Positions 23,717-32,339 of a stretch of 32,339 bases of DNA are shown piece by piece. The translations under genes and the position numbers were made by a program. Below the pieces are notes generated by a model. That model was not told the DNA's origin and made no database searches. It saw nothing but the letters and a program-made list of their open reading frames with translations. The stretch is from contig NW_021832361.1 of assembly GCF_006345805.1 (NCBI RefSeq), positions 1-32,339 of the forward strand. The letters run 5' to 3'. How positions within the stretch are numbered: the first letter of the stretch is position 1; the number at the start of each line of letters is the position of its first letter. This stretch comes from Octopus sinensis (Eukaryota).

Positions 23717-24123
23717 AAGGTGACGAGCTGGCAGAAACGTTAGCATGTCAGGCGAAATACTTAGAGGTATTTCGTCTACCTTTAGGTTCTGAGTTCAAAT
23801 TCCGCCGAGGTACACTTTGCCTTTCATCCTTTCGGGGTCGATTAAATAAGTACCAATTATGCACTGGGGTCGGTATAATCGACTTAATCCGTTTGTCTGT
23901 CCTTGTTTGTCCTCTCTGTGTTTAGCCCCTTGTGGGTAGTAAAGAAGTAGGTATTTCGTCTGTCTTTAGGTTCAGAGTTCAAATTTCGCCGAGGTCGACT
24001 TTGCCTTTCATCCTTTCGAGTATGATAAATTAAGCACCAGTTGTGTACTAGAGTCGATCTAATCGACTGGACCCCGCTTCCCCAAAAACTTCGGGTCTCG
24101 TGCCTAGAGTAGAAGAGAATATA
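23717..24123 (+). mobile_element. Dimeric family A SINE: full monomer 23717-23948 plus a head-truncated second unit 23949-24123 with a different tail
   Basis: The first unit ends GTAGTAAAGAAGT. The second restarts at AGGTATTTCGTC...GAGTTCAAATTTCG and ends CCCCAAAAACTTCGGGTCTCGTGCCTAGAGTAGAAGAGAAT. Confidence 0.9.
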
Positions 24124-24284
24124 ATAAACAATAGAACGTGAAAAATATCGCCTCCAAATCTTAAAATAAAATACAGAATCCTAAATATAATAAGTTTACT
24201 AATAATATTAACTCTGAATTTAAAGGGGAACACAGATTTGTTTTCGAAAGCAACCGGTTTCATTAAACTGCTGCGTATTAAATT

Positions 24285-24405
24285 CTATCGCAAATTTTCT
24301 GTCGGCCTGGAACTATCGTGGAACACACTTGCCGAAGGTGCTTCACTGTGGAACTGAACCCAAAACCAAATGGTTGGGAAACAAATCACTTAACCACAAA
24401 GTGAC
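24285..24405 (-). mobile_element. Diverged family B SINE head fragment
   Basis: CACACTTGCCGAAGGTGCTTCACTGTGGAACTGAACCCAAAACCAAATGGTTGG resembles 3031-3086. Confidence 0.6.
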
Positions 24406-24606
24406 GCAATAATTCTCTTCGATTGTCATTTCTCTTTCTTATTTTTAAAATCCTAAATCATATTTATGAGAACTACTTCGGTTTGTTTTTGTTATTTTTA
24501 CTTTTGCGTTTTATCCGTATAAAAGCCTCTAACAAAGGCATGAAGCCAGAGGTTTGGATGCAATGGAGGAACTTGCTAATTCTACTCTCTCGAATACTAA
24601 TGGTGA

Positions 24607-24928
24607 CATGTTTTTTCAACTCTAGGCACAATACAAGAAATTTTGGGTGATAGGGCCCGTCGATTACATCGACCCCCAATACGTAACAGGTGCTTAATTT
24701 ATCGGCCCCCGAAACGATGAAAGGTAAAGTCGACATCGGCGGAATTTGAACTCAGAACATAAAGACGTTTCTCATTTCTTCACTAACCACAAGGGGATAA
24801 ACAAGGACAGGCAAAGGGCTTAAGTCGATTAGATCGACCCCAGTACGTAACTGGTATTTAATTTATCGAGCCCGAAAGAATGAAAGGCAAAGTCAACCTC
24901 GGCGGAATTTGAACTCAGAACGTAAAGT
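24607..24928 (-). mobile_element. Dimeric family A SINE, 5'-truncated
   Basis: Two B-box/body units on the minus strand with a junction near 24773. It has the same CCCAAAATTTC..TGTGCCTAGAGT tail as the 23717 dimer. Confidence 0.88.
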
Positions 24929-27007
24929 CATTTCTGTCAACTTATGGTGTATTCTATCAGCCATTAATTTTACTAGTCTTGGAAATGACGTTTTCTAAGA
25001 CGAAGTGCTGGAACTGAAGGAATCATATCTTACAAGAAACAGTTTAACCATTTACGAGCCCATTCAGTTGTTAAGTGGAATTCAAATATATTACATGTTG
25101 TGCCAAAGTTATCGTTCATAGAAATTAAAAATTCCACTTCAATTATTTAAAAGATTATTAATGTCCACGTTTAAAGGCGTGGAGGTCGTTCACTTTTATT
25201 TCCTTCTCTTTCATCCTTAGATGTTCAACTGAAAACTATAATGTTTTGCGCCATTGTTGATTGCATCAGGCCTGTGTGTTTTTCCCTTCACTTCTTTCTT
25301 TTTTTCATTTTTTTCGGGGAATCAGTGTTTTTATTTCAGTTACCAAGTCGCAGTTGTATGACGCTAAAATCCATATTTCCTGGAATAGAATTAAAAGATC
25401 AGTTCACTAAGTGATTCAATTCAATGCAGTGTATGCAGACATACGTACACACATACATACATACAGACATGGATACATATATATCCCCATATATACAGAT
25501 ATACACTTATATATTTATAAATATGTATATAGAAAGTGAAACATGAAGAGAGTAGGATATACAGATAGGTATATACATGCACTGGAAAATGCATCCACAC
25601 ACCACAAATCCACTCACACTCACACAACAACGCACGCACACACATACACACACGCACACTAAATATTAGCGAAGAAGCAGCCTTCCTAACAGACATTAAT
25701 TATCATATCCCACATGATGTCGTTTTCTGTTTATAAGGCCGGGTAAATTTATACATTTCCCGCCAGCTTTTCGAGACATCATTGGCTGTTTGCCGAATGT
25801 TATTCAATATACATTTAACTGATGTTTCTTTTTGGCCTTCGTGCTTGGCTTGCTATTGCTAATGATGCACCACATGCTGAAATTCCGTTACACAGCAGCG
25901 CTGTCCGCCGGATCTTCGAAATTAAATCAACCGATACAAAATTTGCATACTGTTTAGCATTCATAGTCTACACGGAATGTTTTATCGAGACGTTCACCGC
26001 ATCCTACGGCGTTACAAAGCACGGCATCCCGATTACTATGGAACTGCTAAATTATATGCGCTACAAAGCGTGTTCTGTCGTTAATTACTAATTTATTCAC
26101 AACCTATCAGATTTTCAAGAAATCACTGGCCGTTTGCCCAGGATTCTTCCATATAGGTTTAGTTTTCTGTCTGGCATTTGATGCTTGTCTTTCTATTGCT
26201 GATGATCCACAAAACAGTAAGATCAGGTGATGCAGTGTTGCCATCCATCGGTGCTCACGAAATGTAATCGAATATACCAAATTTCGAAGCTCCTTTAATA
26301 GTTCTCATCTGTACCTAGTTATTTTATCGAGATGTCACTGCAGAATATGTTGTTTTAAACAACACATCCAAATAAAATTCGACGTCGTAATTAATATTCG
26401 TTGGAATGGCTGATTCCGTCACTAACAGCTAATTTATGCGCACACACATAAATGACAATCTGAAGTTCTACAACGTCTTACATGGATTTTCGATCCTTAT
26501 TTTTCCATAATAGATACCAAATTTAGTAAGAAAATACTCCAACTTTAAAAAGAATTTTTAATAGTAATAGTGTATATATTTGGCTTAGAATTTTAGGTTT
26601 CCACGTCAATACTTTAAAATGCCCTGCGGTATATTAGAAGTTAAGAGAAATTGAATATTAAATGAATGTAAGCATATCAATGGTACTACATGTCGTAACA
26701 GTCAATACGAGCATAGAAACTTGTGCATATGAAATAAACCAATGCATCAGGAAAGAAGCCATAAGTAAGCCTACGACAACATAAATTGGATGTCCACGCG
26801 CACGGACGATCACAGGTAAATTCAAATAAAGACAAACGTATACGCAGGTACACGCGCCCGTCATAACTATCGTATATGTGTGTATGTGTATATAAAAATA
26901 CATACATACCCATTCACGCAGATGTATAGGTTTATACATGTATACATAAAACTATGTACATACATATATATACATATATGTATATATGTGTGTATGTATG
27001 TATATAT

Positions 27008-27057
<50 letters not shown>

Positions 27058-27716
27058 ATATATATATATATATTATATGTATATCCCTCCAGACCCGATG
27101 CACAATCCTGTGAATGCATAATATTCGCATTACTAATGTACTAATGCAGAAATAGAGACATACAGACATATACATTCAAACCCACAATTACTTACATATA
27201 AGTGCAACCGTGCATTTATAGGTGCATCTAAAATTGCATACAAATGGGCATGGATATACACATAGGTATAATCTCTTCGCAGATATTCCAATATATTCAA
27301 TATCGATTCATTTCTAGCACAAGATCCCATCCAGAATTTGAAGTGCAGTCGAGATTGAAGTGTTCTCGTTCAAATTCAGCAAATGCACAAAAAACAACAA
27401 GATAAATGTATTGTGATTATTCGTGCATTAATGTACATGTGTGTTTGCATTAAAGCTGCATGAATTGCACTGCGTTTTGCATGTACCAAATATTACACCT
27501 CCCTTGGTACTTTTGATTGATACAGAGTAAGTTTCACTTGGTAAATAGTGCAGGAGTTTTCAGACACACATACTACATGCATATGTATATTTCTGCATAC
27601 GCATCAAAGAATTCGTATATAGTACGATGCTGCTCCAAGCCCTTGTGCTTTTTCTTCACAACTACCATATGTACCTACGCATAACATCCTACTGATGTAT
27701 ATACATATTTTATATT

Positions 27717-27764
<48 letters not shown>

Positions 27765-28004
27765 TGTGTATCCGTGTGTTCACTTATGTATTTGTGCAAA
27801 TAAGCGTTTCTGTATATCTGGATGTTTGTGTTTTGTGTGTGTGTGTGTGTGTGTGCGTGTGTGTATATTAACGCCATCATCATTACGCTTGGTTAGTGCA
27901 AATATATGTGGTTTACACGTGGTTAGAAAATAAGATAAATATTAAAAAATTATAAAAGAATATACTACACACACACAGACACGCACATATATATGTATAT
28001 ATAT

Positions 28005-28071
<67 letters not shown>

Positions 28072-28203
28072 TATACGTATGTATTATGTTTATCTTGTTC
28101 GTGGTTATAGTTTTAAATTTTGAGCTTAATGATAAAGATACAGCGATAGAGTTCGTTAAACGTGTAGATAGATACATACCTCTTTCCATGAGCTTATGTA
28201 CGT

Positions 28204-28238
<35 letters not shown>

Positions 28239-29619
28239 CGCGCACTCACATACACACACACGCACACACAGACACACAGACATATATATATGTCCACATA
28301 CAACCGTATTCATTTGTACATGCAACCATATACATATACACGAATACATATAGGAATGCATATCGCGTGTTTGCTAGGACGTTACTTTAAAATACCTGCC
28401 AAGCATTGTGACAAAATCATCGATTAAATACACCGAACGCTGTCCGAGCTGTTGTTTCAGCAAACTATATATTGAACTGTGACAAGCATCACACAAGATA
28501 TCCTTTATTCCTGAGTAAATATAATTGAAAGCTATTAATTAATTTACACTAGATTTTTAAAGTGGTTCTTTAAATTAACGTTCCTGCTTAATTCTCTGTC
28601 GTCCTACCGATGCGGTTTTTCCGTTGCGTGGTGTTGTGTGTTTATATCCCTGCGTATCTCTGTGTTTGTGTCTGTGTGAGTTTGTTTGTCTGAGTGTTTA
28701 TCAATGTGTGTGTAAGAGAGAGTGAGAGAGAGAGAGAGACAGTGTGTGTGTGTGTCTGTGTGTCTGTGTGAGTGTGTGTTTTAATTTCCTGTCACGAAAA
28801 TCGTATTGTTTTAAAATGTTTGGGACAGCTTTTTTTCAGTATTTTAACTCTTGTATTGAAATGCATGAATATCCTACTTACTCTGATTTGAAATTCCACA
28901 CCTGGTCAAATAATCTATCTATCTATCTCTCGTCTCTATTTCTCTCTCTCTCTCTCTCTCTCACCCTTTATCTATCACAAATGCACACACACCTAAATCA
29001 TATACACACACACAAAATCCGGCTCTCCCTCGTTCACTATTTAGCTACGTCCATTGATATATGTGTACATCTAAGTGAAACGTTTTATTGAAATTTATGT
29101 TTATCTGGATAATATTTAGCTTCTTCTTTTTACAACATATTGTTCCCTCTATGTTTGGATGCTTGCAAATTCCAGTGAATGTCACTATATAGAATGTGAT
29201 AAGGTGTTGACATATTTCATTACAAAACACACCCATCAATTCGTGTATCTATTCTGTGAACTGTTGCATAAAGACGTAAATCTTGAAAATCACGGTCTTA
29301 AACCTGCTAAATCTTTCTTGCATTTTCATAGGAACCTATTTGCAATTCCACCACGAAGTTTTTACGCGATAGCTTCCCGATGTAATGATAAAACCAATGA
29401 CTGATATATGAAAAAAATATTTATTAATATCACGATTTATTATAAAATATAACAACAGCGAAGGATTTCTCAGTCTGCTTTGGCCAGGAAATTTGTAGTC
29501 ATACATTTAACTAAACAATGAAGTCACCTGCAGCTTTCACGTTAATATTTATCACCGAAGTGGCCCCAGTGTCGTTTTAAAATCTTAGCCAATTTACGGG
29601 TCTCCGTGAAATATCATTT

Positions 29620-29848
29620 AAATACCTATTTCTTTATTACCCATAAGGGGCTAAATATAGAGGGGACAAACAAGGACAGACATAGGTATTAAGTCGATTA
29701 CATCGACCCCAGTGCGTAATTTATCGACCCCGAAAGGATGAAAGGCAAAGTCGACCTCGGCGGAATTTGAACTCACAACGTAACGACAAGCGAAATACCA
29801 CTAAGCATTTCGCCCGGCGTGCTAACGTTTCTGCCAGCTCGCCGCCTT
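29620..29848 (-). mobile_element. SINE family A monomer including the first bases of the dimer junction
   Basis: Intact head and boxes, an 11-nt internal deletion, and a minus-strand end reading AAAGAAATAGGTATTT. Confidence 0.92.
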
Positions 29849-29926
29849 ATAATTTAAATACCATCATACTATGAAGAAAACTCTGATACACGTTGCGTAA
29901 TAGAGTTCTATATTATAAGTGAGTGT

Positions 29927-30055
29927 GTGTGACTGTGTGGTAACAAGCTTGCCTCCAACCTACATGTATCCATGGAAACTTGGGCAAGTGTCATATACTA
30001 TAGGCACGGACGGATCAATATCTTTTGAGTGTATTTGGCTGACGCAAACAGAAAG
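29927..30055 (+). mobile_element. SINE family B 5' half, diverged, internally deleted
   Basis: GACTGTGTGGTAACAAGCTTGCC...CTTGGGCAAGTGTC...GTATTTGGCTGACGCAAACAGAAAG. Confidence 0.7.
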
Positions 30056-30135
30056 ATAGACACAAAGAAACACGCATAAATACACATATCCATGCGTGTG
30101 TGTGTTTCTGTGAGTATGTGTTTTTGTGTGTGTCT

Positions 30136-30291
30136 ATACGCCGCTTTCTTTCAGTTTCAGTCTACCAAATCCGCCCTCAAGGCTCTGCTCGATTCGAGGC
30201 TGTAGTAGAAGAAATTTGCATGAATGTGCCACGCAGTGGAAATGTACCCGGAATTATCTAGTGGAGAGGCAAGTTTCTTAGAACACAGCCA
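30136..30291 (-). mobile_element. SINE family B 5' half, diverged
   Basis: CTTTCAGTTTCAGTCTACCAAATCC...CGAGGCTGTAGTAGAAGA...GCCACGCAGTGG...CACAGCCA matches 2967-3111. Confidence 0.75.
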
Positions 30292-31172
30292 TATATTCTA
30301 TTAAACGACTCAATGCTATGGTAGAAATAGCTTCATCTCGTTGCCATTGATGCACATTGGGAGCGAATACACGAGTTTATAATTTTAGACAGACTGAAAT
30401 ATTAATTCGCTTGTCATTTTTTCACGTCCAGAACTTCACAACACCAATTCGCAAAGCATAGCCCGAAAAGGTACAAAATGGACAGTTAGCTTGACATACA
30501 ACACGAAAATGATACGATGGTGGCATTGCTGTGTTATTAGTGAGTTGCCCAAAGCGGCAATGGTATAGTCAGTATTCAATGTGTAAGAGATCGGTGGAAT
30601 TTACTCATACTTTTTAAAGCAAAACTCCCCGAAACACGAATGAAGTTATGACATTAAAAAAACCCCAAAATATTTCTTTTTGTAATAATAAGAACGGCGC
30701 TCTGTTTGTGAGACATAAATATGTGTAAGGAGTCATTTGAAACAGATGAGCGACACGCGACAGTTTCTCTCACGTGGGCGATGGAGATGCAATATATCAA
30801 AAATACCACCATTAACATGAAAGGAACTCTCAGAGATTAGACTTATTTAATACAGTAGCTGGTGTTGTTGTTATTGCTATGGTTGTGGTTGTCACTGTTG
30901 TTTTCCCTTGATATTCCGTTTGTTGTTTCGCTGTTTTTTGGTTTTTGTTTTTTTTTGGTTTTTCAGCGTTATATATTTATTTGAAACTCGTTGGGTTATG
31001 TTTTACTGTATTTCATTTATCTTCATGATTCTTTTATTGAGTTTATGTTTTAAATTTTGAAATTTGTATTTTCACAATATATTTGTTGTCCACATTGCTA
31101 AGATTGATGCGGCTCTACAGTTTTTGTGACATTTTGATGATGAGAGTTACATATGAAATATATATATATTAT

Positions 31173-31218
<46 letters not shown>

Positions 31219-31864
31219 GCGTGTTTGTGTGTGTGTTTCGTGCGTCTCTGTGTCTGTGTATGTGTTTATATGCCTCTTTTTTAGATTTGTCGTTCTATTA
31301 GTTATCGATGTTGTTTTTCTTAGCTTTTGTTGTAATTCATTTTTTTTCTTGTTATGTTTTCCTGTTCTGACTGCTTTTGCATTTATTGCTGTTTTGCCTG
31401 CTGCTGTGGTCATGCATCTGTAACGATGTCAAAATTGATTTAGCTAATACAAGTGGCTTCAATAGAAACGCATACACATCGCATATGTATATTTGTGTGT
31501 GTGAACCCATCCTTGTTTTTTGTCTGTGTATGTATGTATGTGTTTCTGTGTATAAGAATACATATGCAGACATATATGAGTATAAGAGCTTCAATATAGA
31601 AAGATGTATATATATATATGGATGGATTTATATATACACATATACGCACACATACAACATACATAGTCAACCTTATCTATGTGTCTATGTATGTGCAGGT
31701 ACTACTGCAAATAATTACGTACACACGTAGGAACGTATGACATATTTTTGTTTTCTTATTTCTGTGTTAAAACAAATTTACAGTTCGGTAGATATCAAAT
31801 TTATGAATGAGCAGATATGTTCTACATTTACTTTCGTTTTTGATACTGCTGCATACCCAAAAAG

Positions 31865-31909
31865 TAAATAAATAAATAAATAAATACATAAATAAATAAA
31901 TAAATAAAT
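31865..31909. repeat. (TAAA)n microsatellite
   Basis: Visible run with one variant unit. Confidence 0.9.
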
Positions 31910-32339
31910 GAATAGGAAAGCCAAACGGGAAGATATTTCCTGAAAATGAAAATGAACAAATCTTTAATGTTTTCAAATGTTACGATACGTATCAAAACTT
32001 CATCACACACAAATATATTGTTCATTCCGATATATGAAAATTTTCTCTTTAGCGCGTTAGATGCTATCTCGTGTAACGAAGGGATGTCGATGTCTGCGTT
32101 ATACTGAAATAGCACCATATACACACATTGACAAATTCACGTAACCATACACATACACAAACCCACTTACATCACCACACGTACAGAAATACAAGAGCAT
32201 ACACAGACACACAGAAGTATGCAGTGAACACTACACTCTTCAGAGATATGCTTGTCATGAAAGCACATTAAGAGTATATATTCCAATAAGGAAACCCTGT
32301 GCGTGGTCTTTGGAAACTGCTAGAATAAAGTCCCTCTAA

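Noticed and set aside
29332-29381. Good acceptor TCTTTCTTGCATTTTCATAG followed by an LRR-looking NLFAIPPRSF
   Set aside because: The donor is weak, there are no neighbouring repeats of the motif, and the similarity is too short.

Overview
AT-rich, microsatellite-saturated eukaryotic DNA, most likely intronic or intergenic sequence from an octopus genome (inferred from two tRNA-derived SINE families I recognise as octopod-type; not database-checked). No host protein-coding gene can be supported: nearly all listed ORFs are translations of (TA)n, (CA)n or (GAA)n repeats. Supportable content: about 15 SINE copies or fragments of two families (one occurs as a dimer), a decayed 5'-truncated Penelope-like retroelement (RT C-terminus, Cys linker, GIY-YIG endonuclease) between (TA)n tracts, an R4/Dong-like LINE RT fragment, a ~1.5 kb near-identical tandem duplication that may be an assembly artefact, and two foldback elements. 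The most interesting signals are three minimal hammerhead-ribozyme motifs: one in the Penelope 3' region with a variant core, and two on opposite strands of an inverted repeat at 7373-7600. All analysis was by eye and coordinates may be off by a few bases.
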